Shown one piece after another: positions 28,070 through 42,310 of a stretch of DNA of 64,000 bases. Under the pieces are notes generated by a model that worked only from the letters and a program-made list of their open reading frames with translations, had not been told where the DNA came from and did no database searches. The translations under genes were made by a program, and so were the position numbers. Every line of letters begins with the position of its first letter. Within the stretch, counting starts at the first letter, position 1. The stretch is from Paecilomyces variotii (Eukaryota): NCBI GenBank assembly GCA_004022145.1, contig RCNU01000009.1; one strand, written 5' to 3'.

Positions 28070-28504
28070 GAAATTATTTCAGCAAGGACATCAGATACGC
28101 GCTCCCAGAGATAGAATTTGTCGCCCGATTGGAAAATCACCATCAGGGAATCCATATGTTCCATTATCGGCCTCGCTGGTGCAAGGCCATGACATCGAGC
28201 AAAAACCTGGCCCTCAGAGTTATAATCCGCCCAGTCGGCTTTATACCCGGGACTTCGAGGATTCGTGGTCCACCCCGGAGGGACGATAAACTAGTAAAGA
28301 GATCTTAGTGACTTCACTCAACCGGGCAGGGAGCTAGGATGTCCTTACTGGTGGCAGGGTAGCGTTCTTGACGGGCGGCTCTGTAGTAGACGCGGACTTA
28401 GAAGGGGCGAGAACCTAACAAGGAGATATAAGCGACATTCTCAAGCGAGTAGGGAAGTGAGATGTCCTCACAGGTGCCAGGGTGGTAGTTTCAGCGGGCA
28501 GCAT
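27958..28504 (-). CDS. Small hypothetical protein (~143 aa, 3 exons) with a SUKH/US22-like pattern
   Basis: Exons 28504-28472, 28414-28349 and 28290-27958 with GT-AG introns give an intact frame: ...FIVPPGWTTNP...HGLAPARPIMEHMDSLMVIFQSGDKFYLWERVSDVLAEIISQDLYDITTVIAERGLRDL... The fold assignment is inference. Confidence 0.7.
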
Positions 28505-31500
28505 AGTGATATTGCTAGCAGACTGGATATCACAAAGGGTAGATAATACGGACCCCTGCAGGAATGTATAGTATCGCGGTAATAAGTATTTCAAGGAGAA
28601 GAGTTTCTGGTCTCGCTCTAAAAACCAAGATAATGGAGTTAATCTGTAGTGTATGCAGATAGTAGATCACAGATGATGTAAGTAATATAGATCTTAGCGC
28701 CGGAGTTAATACTAAAAATCCTCACTACAATATAACTCCCGGCTAATCTAGCTACTCTGCGGCCTCTTTCTATCCAGAAAAAAAAGGACTAGATAATAGA
28801 TTCCCAAGTGGTACACGGGATATATCGCCACAGTCTAGAACTTTTTCTACACTATATTGTTTAATTTGTTCACCTTAGGCGAAAGGATTCCCAGGAGGCA
28901 AGAAGAAAAAGGGGAGAAATAAAAATGGAAAGAAAAGGAGATATTACAACCGATTGGCAAAAAGAAATCACGCTAATCTCCCATACAGGTCACATTGAGT
29001 CGGAGGTAGTAAATCTCTCTAGGTACTCGATTTATTCTTCATAACAATTGATTCTTCAGCCTCTATGGATTTCCCTTGGTGGATCGATCGAAAAGGGGCG
29101 TTGACTTCATAATGCGTCATCACAGATATGTGAACCATTCAGATCATCACCTATAGAGTATAATAGAACAAGTAGCTCATTTGTGGTGAAATCCAATTTC
29201 GAGTCCCCGACAGAAGCATCGGCCATCATTGGTTGATTCCGTATATGATTATGCTCAAGTTTGTATACATTACGACAGAGCAAGCACATTAACTTCACTC
29301 TATAACTGCTAGACTAGTAATATCCTCTATAGCATGTTCTTTGGGTTAAATTAACTAGTGACGAGAATGGAAGCGTTGAGGCTTGAGAGCCCAGAGGCGC
29401 CACCCGTCAGCGGATGCGCGGGCTCCGCTCTCCGCGATGTACGCTATGACTTGACGCTGTCGATCGATGGGTTAGAGTTGAAGCAAAGCACAGACTTCGT
29501 TTGAAGGTGGGTATTCCAACGGTCAGACCTCTTGGGATAGTGCCAGGGGCGTGAGGGGGAGGAGAAGGTTGGGGGTCAAAGGGAAGCAGAGGAGAGGGAC
29601 TCGTAAGCGGATGAGTTTACTTGGAAGGTTAGAAGGTACTAGTGTAGAATGGAGGCGTTTTTGGGGAATTAGCTACAGACGAATTGAATTCATTGAACAA
29701 GGGATCTCCGGGATCGAGAAAGATTTAGGCTCAAGATCGGTGAGTTACTGGTCCTGACAAATCAAGATAACGAAACGATGGAGCAACAATACCTAGGGAG
29801 TACGACCAAGGTATTATTATCTAGAGTGGTTACTATTATTACAGAACACTGGATTAAGTTAGCTGTGGAATACTAGTTTATCTAAGATGTGTCCCAAATC
29901 ACCGGGTGCCTCAATGATAGGAACAAGCTGCTTTGCCGAGACGGCTCGGCTCTGTTGACCTTTAAATGAAAACAAGCAGAATAATGACTGGGGATGATTG
30001 GGGGTTTAGCCACGCCAATGCTAGATGGTGTCATGGGGGCGTCTTTTGTTAGACACCCCAAAACCAAATAGCAGATCCCATTCTGGACTGACTCGCGCAT
30101 TGCGTCAATGACTGCGGGCATTAAGTTGATATCCCTGCATGTGGGATGTAAACACAGGCATTGTCCACCCTGGTTTAAGCCGGATGCATGTAATAATTTA
30201 AGTAAGTGTTTCGCAACATCGCATACGGCGCGCGCGAATATTCACCAATGATGATTGATCATCGCGTGTGACAGAGTGAAGCGCTTATGGTAAACTCGGT
30301 GTGAGAAAGATGATCGACAGCTACTAGCTGTACACGCATCATCCCTCGAAAAAAGAAAGGAATGATAACGGTCATTGAGTGGATTGGAAGGAACAATCTA
30401 CCGAAGATACATCATCATGCAGACCGGGCGTTCTGTCAGTCATTGCTAGCACTGTCGGTGCGATGGTTACACTATAGACGGGGAAGCACGGACGGGCGAG
30501 CAACAACATGATGTGAGTTTAATCGGTGTTTGAACTTTGATGTGATGATCATCATTATTATTATTGTGAACTCGATGGTCCGTGGGGGGTGGCTGGAGAG
30601 AGAGTTTTTGCCTAACTATCGAGGCATCAATACCAAGGCGGACGTCCGAGCGGATGGTTTGCCCGAATAATAATAGTCTCAGATACAGGAGACTACTACC
30701 ACCATAGAGAGTAACTTACAAGAGAATTAATTAATTACTTTTACACCACAAAATATCATTACTACATCATACAGCTGAATGTACAGTAGTACCTACGTGG
30801 CTCTCCATGTGATCGGTGTCTCTCTGCCTTTTTGAGGGTTAACTTATTGCTACGGCCATCAGCATGTTATGACCTCCCTAAAAAGCACATCCGTAGAGAT
30901 ACTCGCCTAAAACTGATTCTCTCCCCTAGCAGGAACGCCTCCTATCCCGTAGTAAAACCTAGTTCTCCCCGCCCGTAATATTAATAACTGCCACATCCAT
31001 GATCCCAAACCCAACGGGAAGATCGGAGAGCCCCGGCTGAGGCCAAGCCACGCCTATCGTAACTTGTAAGTAACTCGAACGAGAGAGAGAGAAAAAAAGG
31101 GGGGCCAGTGCGTCGAAATTGAATTGAACTATTTTGGCATCAGAACCCTGTCAGGTACGAGGGCTTTCTTTTCGCGCCTGGTGTTTGGGTTGCGGGCCTT
31201 TCAGACAGCCACGGAGTCTGAGGAGACTCTAGAGAGAGATCGGCCGAGTGTGAGAATTCGGAGAAGAAGAAGGTCCAGACCTGAAATGTCGAAAAACGGC
31301 GCCGACGTCATCGGACACTTCCCCGGGTCAGTTGTGATCCACGAGGCTTTTTTCCAGGAACGCTAGTAGAGTATGACTAGTCCTAGATATAGTTACTACT
31401 TAACTCTATGGTACACAACGGCGCGCTCAAGGGAGATCGACCTGGACCGGCGCCGGGAAAGTGGTTTACGTCTATGACCTTTCCGGGTGGGCAGGCGCCA

Positions 31501-33200
31501 TTATGATGATGTCTTTGAGAAGAGAAGAATATGGTGAGAGAAGAGCAGTAACTCACTCTACCTAGACAGTGTACTCTTCTTCTATGCTTCATCTCATAGC
31601 AAGGAGCTATATACAAATACGGTACCTCAACGGTAATTACGGTATTTATCGGATAATACCCGTAGCCAATTGTGATTGTTTCCATAGCCTTCCCCACCGA
31701 AGCACAAAAGCGACCTCGGCCATTCGACGTCGATAATAGAGTAATGCGATGCTCATCCCCACTGCGGGGCCCGACACATGCCGTGGGCCCGCAATACCGT
31801 ACGGTAAGGGACGGGGACCCGTTGAGTATACCGTACACTTAGAATACCAGATACATACATACTGTACATCACTCTGGCAAGCGGACCCCCACGGAGAACA
31901 CGCCCCAGTCGATCGGGACGCCGTTGTGGATTGCTACATGCCGTTGATCTTCTTGGCCATGTTTTTATGGCGTTCTCTAGTCTCGCAGGCATCCCAGAGT
32001 CGGCACAAACGGGCCCAAGCTTCTTGCTGGACGTTCACTCGGCGGAGACCGTTCAGACGAGACAATAATAGGAGAGAAGAGGAAGGACTGACTGCGTTAT
32101 CAAGAGTATTCATTGTTTTTCGTATCTATGCTGCTTGATATTGCCCCTTATCTGCTCAGCAGACAATCGAATCCGTCATAACACTCTCCAAGGCCGCACT
32201 CCCCAGGAGACCGCCTTGCTGGGACACTTGACAGCCAGGTACCATGGACCAGACCAGGCTTGCGATGTGCGGCGACAAAAGCCCTATGGATCAACATGTG
32301 GGTATATAGAAGAGCAAAGGCAAAAGTCGCACAGACCCCCAAGAGAAGACATCGGCAACACAGGAAAGGTTCTAATATGTATAGCATTCCGGAAAATGGG
32401 GTATCAAACTTCGTGTGCATGTTCCCAGGGAAAAAAAAAAGGAAAAGAAAAAGAAAAAAAGCGCATGAAAGAGCATTACATGTAATATAGGTATGTATGC
32501 TGTGTTGCCGCACCCCGAGGTCTCGTATATCGCCTCCAGATGTTCAACGCCATTTTTAGACCCGTGAAATGGGCGAAAACAGAATTCGTCAGTCACTTGG
32601 ATCGAGAAAAGAAGAAATATCGCAAATCATGTAGAAACGACATGGGTATCATTGCTCGAAGACTCGTGTATTATCTTCGTATTCAACGCCGCCCATGAAT
32701 AAAAGTAGACCAACCAAGCGGAGAAACCACCCAGACCTTTCCCTAACCGCATAAAAGCAAGAGAAATTGTGGGCCAGACCTTCTGGCCCAAAGTAGAAAT
32801 GTACGTCCCGTCCAGCAAAAGTCCACACAGGATATGACACTGGAGAAAAGATGCGCAACAACCCATAATGGTGACGATGACCGCATAACAGGCACCTGAC
32901 TGTAAAGTTCAACAGCCTCAAAACTAGAACCGGGAAAGAAACAAATATTGAAAAGTCATAATTATCATCCTATACTGCCCCACCAATACTGCGCAAGATG
33001 GGCAGAGCAGATGTTGTAGAAGACTGGGGAAAGCAGCCCTCATCACAGGAAAGCAAATGTGGCCAGCGAATGCCCGCTGGAGGTCCAAGATTGCCGGGTC
33101 CGTCAAGTCGAGAATGACACAGAGGCAGAGAAGCGAAAGATGTAGAGACAATCTTAACGACGCATGTGCAGCCTCGACCGGAAGTGATGCCGTTCGCTCG

Positions 33201-35709
33201 TTAATATGTCAACTTGATCTCTACCGCAGAGGGATCGGTGACGGGCTCCTCAAACGCTGAGGCTTCCGAGATCTCAGCGACCATATCTTGACCGTCAGGC
33301 AGTTCTCGCACTACATCGTCATCGACCATAATCTTGAGACCCTTGGAGTTTATCCGTAGGACACGGACGACTCGCTCAGGGTCCATTTTTTGTTTCTCTG
33401 TAATCTTACTCAGGAAGTCCCGAGCAGTTCGTTCAGTGAGGTAGATTGCCCGGTAGTAATCATCGCCGTCGCCCAGATTCGGGAAACGGACATAGAAACA
33501 TGCAATCGGTCTAGCTGGACGTTCGGAAGGGGGGCGATAGGTCGGATCTATATCAACGGCCTCAATATATCCGCTTGATACGTTCGAGCCTTCAGAAGGA
33601 ACCTTCTGGACTTTGATGGGATGGCTGAGCAGTACCTTCTGCGCACCAATGCTAGCACGCTCACGAGAGTTATCTCGCGATACCTGGTAAGAATGGACGT
33701 TTGACAGCTGACGATAAGAGGGGCGATGTGGGGAATTCAGCGAGACACTACTGCTCGTAGGCGACATGACTGAAGTTCCCGATGTCGCGTCAAAACTAGG
33801 TCTAGATTCCCGAGTGCTTTGACGGGAGAGTGCTTCGAACTTCGTGATATCGTATGGTTCGCCGGGTAACGCGACCGGGAACAGGTCCGGATCATCCTGT
33901 TCATCGCCTCGTAGGCTAAGCACACTCACGGGCCTAGTCGACGAGAACATATCTTGCAACATTGCTAACTTCAGGTGAAGATCTTCCTCTGCGGGGAGCT
34001 TTCCCGGGCTTTCAGTTTGCGAGTCTATAGACCAAGTCCTCTTATGCTTCGGGATCTTGACCGGCCTGTTATCGGAGGCTTTCATGGCAATCGAGCCACT
34101 GCTGCGCTTCCGCTTCCCGAAACTACCCGCTCCCATCTCAGCCTGTGCAATCTGCTGCTTGAGCTTGTCAATTGTCTTCTTGACATGTGCCACGTCGTTG
34201 GATAACTTGCGCTCAGCACCATGATCACGGAACAGCTTCACTTTACAGTAACAGACCTCCGCCTCAGTAGCAGCGTTGGACGTCGGACTGCCAGTCGAGA
34301 GCATCTCAGTTTTAGCACATAGTCTAACGGGGATGCCTTTGACGCCCTTGGAGTGGCTGAAATCGGTCGAGAGGAAGTTGAAGCGGACTGAGATGGCACA
34401 ATCAGAGGCCCCGGTCGCCGGATTGGGTGTCCAGGTTACACAGAATCCATCAAAAGAAGCGCTTTCCAATTGGATCTGCGGGTGACGGTGTTGATCATCT
34501 CCCCCCTGGATCGGATCCACGTACTCAACTGCCAACAGCTTTCCGCCTCTCTGGTGAGCTTCATTCGATCCACGGCCTTCCTTCCATAGTTGCCAGCAGG
34601 CAGCGGGCTTTGTCCGTTGCTGCTCATCCTCGAAGGACACGCGCACGTATGTCCGGTACTTGATCGGGGTCCCATCCATTGGCACCGGCGCTGAGTCAAC
34701 CACGGATATCGAGTACGCCTGGCCTTTGTTCAGATATGTTACCGGAATTTCGTCTGCATGCTTGATCATGGCTGTGGGTGCACGAAGAGTCACATTATAG
34801 CGGAATCTGTTGAGAAGGGTCAATCTCTAGTTCATTGAATCAAAAAATTTAGGTTGGTGCCTACTTTTCTCCTTCGATCGGAGAATGCATGCCAGAGTAA
34901 TCTGAGGCGGTCACCACATGTAACGGGTTCGCCGGCATATTCATGTCGTCCATTGCCGCGTCATCTTCCATGGGATCGTAGCCAGAGTCGCCGTGATGTA
35001 TGAATGTGTTCGGGGCAAAGGAAGCTGCCTGAGCGAAAGGATTGAGGTTCTGAAACTGCTGCGGAAGAAAATGGTGCTGCAAGTGAAGATTCATCTCCAC
35101 TGTTGGATCCACAGGAAGAGGTCCGGATACGGGATTTTGCAGCGACATAGGCGTGGTCAAGTTTAGGCCGAGAGTAGGAGTGTGTAGGTCGCCTGCTGAG
35201 CTATGATAGAGAGTTGTCATGCCACCAGGGGTCGGCGTGTAGTAACCGGGCGGCTGGTTGGCGAATGACATGAAGGCGACGGAATTCGGGTCCATGAGAG
35301 ACGGGGTAAATCGGAAGTCTTGCAGTGCTCGCGGCGTAGGGTCATTGACCTTAATATCCTCTGGTTCCGTAACCCTGTACAAAAAATTGGAAGTCAGCGC
35401 TGGGAGACTGGGTGCTGTCTGCGGTCGAGACGACGATGACAGCTATGTGAAACGGTCAACATGCCAGATGTAGGCGCACCTTGCTGGCATCCCCGGTTCC
35501 ATGATTCCTTGCTCTGGAGGGCCGGCACCGGTGAAAGTAACACCTGCGACAACGTTGGGAAACGATTTCTTGAAGTTGCAGATGAGCTCCTCATCTGGCT
35601 TCTGCGACGTCCTGAAGGATCCATCAGTTATCTGAACAGGGCTGACGCAGTCGACGCTGCGCATTCGCTCATGGCTCTCCGCAAAGAGATCATACCTGTT
35701 GCGAAACAT
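33201..35709 (-). CDS. grhA: CP2/Grainyhead-like transcription factor (GrhA / Csp-2 orthologue), 4 exons
   Basis: Micro-exon MFRNR, then RFTPSLMDPNS, FRYNVTLRAPTAM, PVTYLNKGQAY, FNFLSTDFSHSKGVKGIPVRLCAKTE and CKVKLFRDHGAERKLSND (CP2 DNA-binding domain), plus a C-terminal VDDDVVRELPDGQDM. Confidence 0.9.
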
Positions 35710-38700
35710 GGGGGGCGATGGAAACGACAGTGATGATTTAAGAAACGGTTTGAACGAGAGTTGCCAAGAGAGATATCATAGAATAGAGATGGATAAGCAG
35801 CGAAACTGAGACGACATTCGGATCGCGTAAAAGCGTGGAACCCCTGTAGTATTCCAAGTAGAGAGGTTCTGTTCCTTCGAACAGTCTCCTTTTTGACTCC
35901 GTGCGCGACAAGAAGAGTGAGCGTGGAGGAAAGTCACGGCAGGCGTGCACCTCGGGGTCGCCGCAGATCCCACCAAATATAAGCAGATTGCCACAACAGC
36001 AGCAAGGATTTGCTTGCGACGGCGCCCCGAGAATGATGGGAATTGGATTCACAGGTTTTTCACTGGTAGTTGAAGACAACCAGAGGTAATTGTAATGGTG
36101 GCAGATCTAGAGAGGTTGGTGGTCATAGGAAATCAATCCAGGAGGATAGATGATGCGCCGGGGGAGGGGTTTTTCAGGCGTTTACAATTGTTCGGTGACC
36201 AGACAGCTACTAGCCGCTGTTTCTAAGGTTTAAAATAAAACACGACGATCTGTGCCCATGAAGTTCCAGAAGGTCTTTATTTGTTTTGCGCAACGACGGG
36301 GCCGGAACGTCTGATGCACTAAACGACAGAGATCCAGGATGATAGGACACGCGGTAGGGTCAATGACGACGATGGACCCGTGCCGTCTAGATGGACTCTG
36401 GGTACCAAAGCTCCCTATTTCGGGTTCGAATCCCAAGAGCAAATCCACCAGAGCGGAGAAGGGTGTTTTGCGCTGTGGAAGACGGGGGAAGATGGGGGAC
36501 CGTGACTTGGGGCGCCTCCACAAGTCAGGACCAAAACAGTAATGAGATTTTATTCCCACGACCACAATAAATAATAATACTAGCGGTGACGTGGGAAGGA
36601 TTGGCGAGAAGCAACGAGAGGGCGAGATTGAGGACAAGGGGAGATGCGATGGAGATCCGAGCCGGGGGCTGTTCCTCTCTGGACTTGTGGGCGAACGGCG
36701 ACGGTGGGGATAATAATAATGGTAATATAATAATAATAATACTCTCTATCGACTACTACTCTTACTCTAGAGTCTAAGAGAGGAGGGTCTGTATCGCCAA
36801 TACACCAATACGCCCAGTGGGTATTATTGTCACAAACCACCCATCGGTATGACCGTGGTACTGGTACTACTGGCGCCCTGCCGTCTCTCCGCTCGGCTAT
36901 CGGATATCATTACTGGGTTAGTTCTATCATACTATGACTCTCTCAGGAATGATCCAAACTCCCTTGAAACACCCTCCCATGGACTATGACCCGTCACATC
37001 GGCCACCTCTTCCGATTCCTCTGTTGGTGAAGATGCCTATTGGGCAATCGTGATATGCTGTCCGCACGTTCCTCGACCCGCCGGACATGCGCCAGCAGTC
37101 CCCACGTCTAGCTATCAATACAGATTGGATTCTCAGATTGCCACTGATGTGTGTGCCATACATAGTTTTCTGGCGGGACCAATCAACAGCTTCTTTGGGG
37201 ACGACGTTGGATGGCTGTATAGATACCCGCATTGGGAAAGGTTGAGGTTCTGTTCTTGCTGACTGCGGAAGCCGACAGAGCCATTCGTCGCCGGGGTCAA
37301 AAAAGATATTCATGACGTGCAGCTGGTCTCCGCCGTGGCGTACGCCTCGTCGCCTCCATAGAGTCGTACCCCGTTGGAACGATAATTTCTCTTGCAGACA
37401 GCTCTGAAAGCTCTGATGCTTGGGACGGCGGAGGAGATCGTCTCCCCCATGTCCGGTTGAGATATCCGGTAGAGAGCACATATCCGATAGCAGAAGGCAC
37501 GGAATGTCCAATTTTTCACTACCATTGCTGGAAACTGCGCCCGCTAGGTCAAATTGTCGTGTGTGCGCGGATAATGGTCGTGAGCATAGTGACGGAAAGT
37601 CTACTGGAGTATATGGAATACTGTTGGCTAGATGCCACCATAATCAATGGATGTATGGTATGATATCTATAACTCGAGCTCCAGGAGCCAATGAAAATGC
37701 AAAGGAAAACATATGCGCCGGTGCCAGATGACGCCTGGGTGGTGCATCATGCCAGCCAGCGCAACCACCGCTGTCACCTGTTGCAGATCGAAACGCTTTC
37801 GTTTATACATGGCGTCTACTCTACGGTACCGTCTCTTTAGCAATCGTCAGGCATGCCAAGTACTGTACCTTTGTCTTATTTGCGTCCCACTGTACTGTCC
37901 AGAGGTCAACTGTAGTTGGCCTTCCGCTCCTCTTGATAGAACCTATCCATGGGTCAACCGTGACTAACGCCCTCACGCTCACGGCTATTTTTCCGACTTC
38001 TTCATCGAGTCTCAGGTCTCTCCTCACAGGGCCAAGTACGTATTGCCACCCCAGACTGAAATTGCTCCTTTTACAATTATTATCCCCCGCACAACCAGTA
38101 TACTATTCTGGAAGGTGAGGAAAACACATCCGTGGTCGCATACGTCATACTCCGCACAACTGAAGTACCATATAGGATCTTCAGGTGCACAACAAAAGAG
38201 GATCATGTTCACCATCCACGTGGAAGCTGAAATTGCAATCGTGCAACACCAGCATATTATGCTATCGTGGCGATAAATACCATACAGCCGGTCATTGCTG
38301 GTTGGATGGATGATAGAAGCGTCGGAACATCGGGGAGACACTAGTACACTAGTAGTGGAGGAGAATCCCCCTTTCGGAAGGCTGCCGCAAGCATCAACGT
38401 CTAGACGTTGCTTTCTCCAATCCTCCATTTTGAAGATACATAACGACGCGCAATATGGGCTTTTTCTTTGCCATGAATCTCAGGTCACCCCTGACTGATT
38501 CGACCATTCCCCGCTATAAACCGTCTCACAATGATAACTAGCGCATTAAGACGGAGCACTATTAATAACCGATTATCAATGGCGATAAGCAATCATGTAC
38601 GCTTCAAACCGTTTCCTCACTATCGTATGGCATCAACAGGGGTGCAGGCTTTAATTTCCGTCCGATCTTTCTGATATAGTGCCCTAATCCTATCGGAAAT

Positions 38701-41700
38701 GAGCGTGTCTCGCATCAGAATCAACAGCTGTCCGTCCAATACGCCCCGTCGCTATTTCGCGACATGTACGGAGTAAGTGTACATATGAATACGTGTGCCG
38801 ACGGCTCAGATACCCATTCGAGAGTCCCTGATCGCCGATCTTTCACTCCTAGATACTGCCCCAAGATTTTATACAGAGAAGCACGACGGAGCTAGCCACG
38901 GAACTGCAAATCGAAGCGATCTTCAAAGGATCTTTTCCGTCATGCTTGTCGTACACCATTACCCTTATAGTCTGATAAGAACATCTTATGCATCTCACAT
39001 ACCCCATGCCAGAGAATGATACGAATGGACGACATCCCACGATCTAGATTATTAGAGTGCGTTCGTGCATTGAAATAAACGACATCGACTCCGGGCCGAG
39101 ATTCCGCCAATCAGCGTGCACAACGGAGATATTCTCAGCCGCAACCGCGTTCAACCAACTTCAACGCCTGCCCACTAGCGTACATCTACCGACTCAACTA
39201 CCGGAGAAACCGCGGGCCAAAGCACGGGTCTAGTCGCGAATCGGAGTGATCTCTCTCTCTCCAGACGTTGACTTAATAATAATTGTCGGTACCCAGGTCT
39301 CGACCTTTTCGATCTCACCGCCGGCCGGCCCCAGTGGACAACGCTCGTCTGCTCACATCGCTTACCGAAATGAACATGTCCCTTCGTTCGATATCGTCTA
39401 CGAACCATTCTCTTCTACCTTCTTCTACCTTGAGATTGCGTGTCGAGTGCGGAGGCGATAGCACCAGTTCAGGCTAATAAGCATGATCTAGTCTAGACTA
39501 CTCTGAGAAAATCTTCTCTAGGTCCTACCAGCAGCATATCCCACGGCAACGGGCATGAAACGTGCGACGCACCCCCAAGCGAGTCAGAAACCGAGTGCGT
39601 AGGAGTTACTCAAGTCCTGTGACAATAAGAATGCCGGCTGTCTGAACCGGCTAGCGCTGCTTGTTGGTTTCGCACCGGTTCTAGATACTACTTGGCCTTT
39701 GAGTGCAGAGGCTTCATTTGCCAAGAACTGTCTACCAGCAAGGCATTCAACCCGTATCGAGAGCAACGGGATGATAGGCTCTCAGTTGTGACAGATTCCT
39801 ATCCCTACCTAGGTGCATATTCAGTGCTTATCACCATTACCGTAGCCAGATCACTCTCCTCCTATGGCGCTCGAAGCCTAGTTGCATGTCACTCGACAAA
39901 TCCCCAAGTTCCGTTGAAGGCGGAGTTCCGGATGAGGGTTCTGTTATATCCGGCCGCTACACCTCTTGGCGACCGCTAGAGGATCGGGCAGCTAGGTAGT
40001 TATAGCGGAGAAGTATATCTTTGGTTGCGCGCACAAACCACCCACATACGACAAACCATGGTGAAGAGAACAGCGAACAGAAGATATGAAGATATGCTTC
40101 CATTTACGAATGACGCTGAACTACGATAGAAGCAATGTCCAAGCTTTCTCGTATTGAAAACAATTCGCGTTCGCGTCTTGAAACCATCGGCCGGCTCTCC
40201 GCGTGGTTATCCACCAGGTCAAGCGCGGCCGCGCGAGGGCCATGAGCGGCCCGTCGTGCATCGATATCCGATCCCCGTCTACTCCGTAGAGCGCCATGTT
40301 GATGCAAGAGGACCATATATGATTCGTGGACTGAACAAATGCGTGTCCTCTGGCGGAGACCATCAGCGTCAATCCGTATGCGACAGGAGGCAGCCGACCT
40401 GCAAGCGCCGGATTCGGTTGAATATGGGGTCAATGAACGGCTTTACCCGCCAAATAATCTTGAGCCAGAATACATCCCCTGCTGGACACTATGTATGATT
40501 CCCTGCCTGAGCAGCCTGGTTTTTCCCGGAGAATAGTGGCGCCAGGAGTCGCCAGTTCGACTACTATAGTACCGGATGCCTATAACTAACAGGTGACGGT
40601 TGTGGATGACCTATAGTGTGTATCTTCTGACCATCAGGTCGTGTACCTTATTGTGAGAGGTCTGAAAAATCATGCGGCCTCAGACCCCTGGAACGCAGAT
40701 CAGAGAGTTACGGGGCAATGGGCTCTTCAGCTCTCCTTTTGCACTGTCAAACAGATAGATTCCCACTTATGGTATGGGAGAGTTGTTGCCCTCCCGCTCT
40801 CGGCTGCTCATTTTATTTCAGCTCCTTATGAAATCAAATACGACCACGGAAATATGTGGTTGACATGCATCCTGCGTCATATGTCTGTGATAGGAGATAC
40901 GGTGCCAAGCAGATGGTGGAATTCGCCATGAATGTGTGAACAACTCGCATCCTGAGGAGGCACTCTTCGATGCCTTTCAGAATGGACAGCGCTCTCGGAA
41001 CAAAGTTCGATCGCTGCTGACAGATCAACGGATATCCTATAACTATGGTATGTACAAGGTCTGACATCCCTACGAATACTACCATACGTATGACAGTACT
41101 ACTGTGGATTTTCGAACCATTCTGTACCGTTACATGCACTGACCGCCGACGAAAATGAGATTCGACTCGCCAGCAAAGAAACACAATGACGAAACCATAC
41201 CAAGATTCCGGCTTGTCTTCCCGAGAGTCCACCATGAGTACGGTACGATCGCGATTTACCATATACGGATGATCTACCCTCACGCACGATATACTTCGAC
41301 ATCATCCGCAGCTTCGGAAATGAACGTTGATAGGCTCATCAGCGTATGAAGCCTAGCATAAGTAAGCATGAGATAGACCACTACGACGGTTGGGTTAAAT
41401 GACAATGCGATCGTCATGTTGCAGCGCAGAGAAGGTGAAAAGAGCCGACGCAACTCACCAATCATCAACCGGTAATTTTCCCTTGTCAGTCTTTCAAGAC
41501 TACCTGCCGTATTGGTCTTCTTAATTTCAACTAAGGTATCACTGACTCGCATGTAGTAGTACGGATACAGACGTGGAAACAGTCTCCATCCAGAGATAAT
41601 TATAGGAACGATAATAATTGATTACCCAGTCTCCTGAATGCAGAACTGCTGGCTCCTCCTTCTCCGCCTGCCGTTTATTCAGAACTACTGGTCAATGATC

Positions 41701-42277
41701 GCTAATGATTCTTCACCGCAGTCGGTGAGCTATGACGTAGTGTATATCGTCTCACTTCCGGCTTTCTCCCGAGATAGCTGCAGTATGCACCATCGAGTCC
41801 AGAACGCTGGTCTATGGTACATGTTTCTCCATACCTGTAGCACGCACAGATGCTTGTACCAATACCATAACTCCTCATCAGCATCATTTAGCCCACCTTT
41901 TTGAACGGTCCAGAAGAGAATGCACAAGAAAAGAGACGAAAGCAAGCAAAACAAGATACTGCCTCAGGCTTAAGACGCTTGGCAGATGAAGGTCTGCAAA
42001 GCTATGGCTCACTCGATGAGTTGGGGTCGAGGCATGATTGGATATCCGACTATCGTCTTCTGGCTGAAGATTTGATATCAACCAACAGGCCAACATAGCG
42101 TTGTCTGCGCGGGTATCGGGGATAGGCGGCTCATCTCTCGTAGCCTCAGGTTGCTTAGGAAGTGCACCAGAGATATTATTCGTCTGACCCCTGTCGAAAA
42201 CTCCTTCTCCTGTCCGGGGAAAGAATCTATCCGAATCATGTAAGCTCATCTTTGCACAGATTGGCATGGTTATTGGG

Positions 42278-42310
42278 CGCCAACAAAACGCCAACAAGAC
42301 GCCAACAAGC
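42278..42310. repeat. 11-bp tandem repeat x3 (CGCCAACAARR)
   Basis: cgccaacaaaa cgccaacaaga cgccaacaagc. Confidence 0.6.

Noticed and set aside
21400-28900. Calling the island a Starship or other named mobile element
   Set aside because: No DUF3435 tyrosine recombinase, transposase, TIRs or target-site repeats are visible.
29340-29760. Telomerase RNA candidate (CTAACCC on minus strand near 29470, GC-rich context)
   Set aside because: Only 7 nt of template match, and a ~2-kb transcript would run into the island genes; no pseudoknot or three-way junction recognised.
36400-36445. GGTTCGAATCCC resembling a tRNA T-arm
   Set aside because: No acceptor stem, D arm or anticodon arm can be folded around it.
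40044-40075. ACATACGAC...GGTG..GAGAACAG resembling the 5' end of fungal 5S rRNA
   Set aside because: Similarity needs gaps and stops after about 30 nt; internal control boxes are absent.
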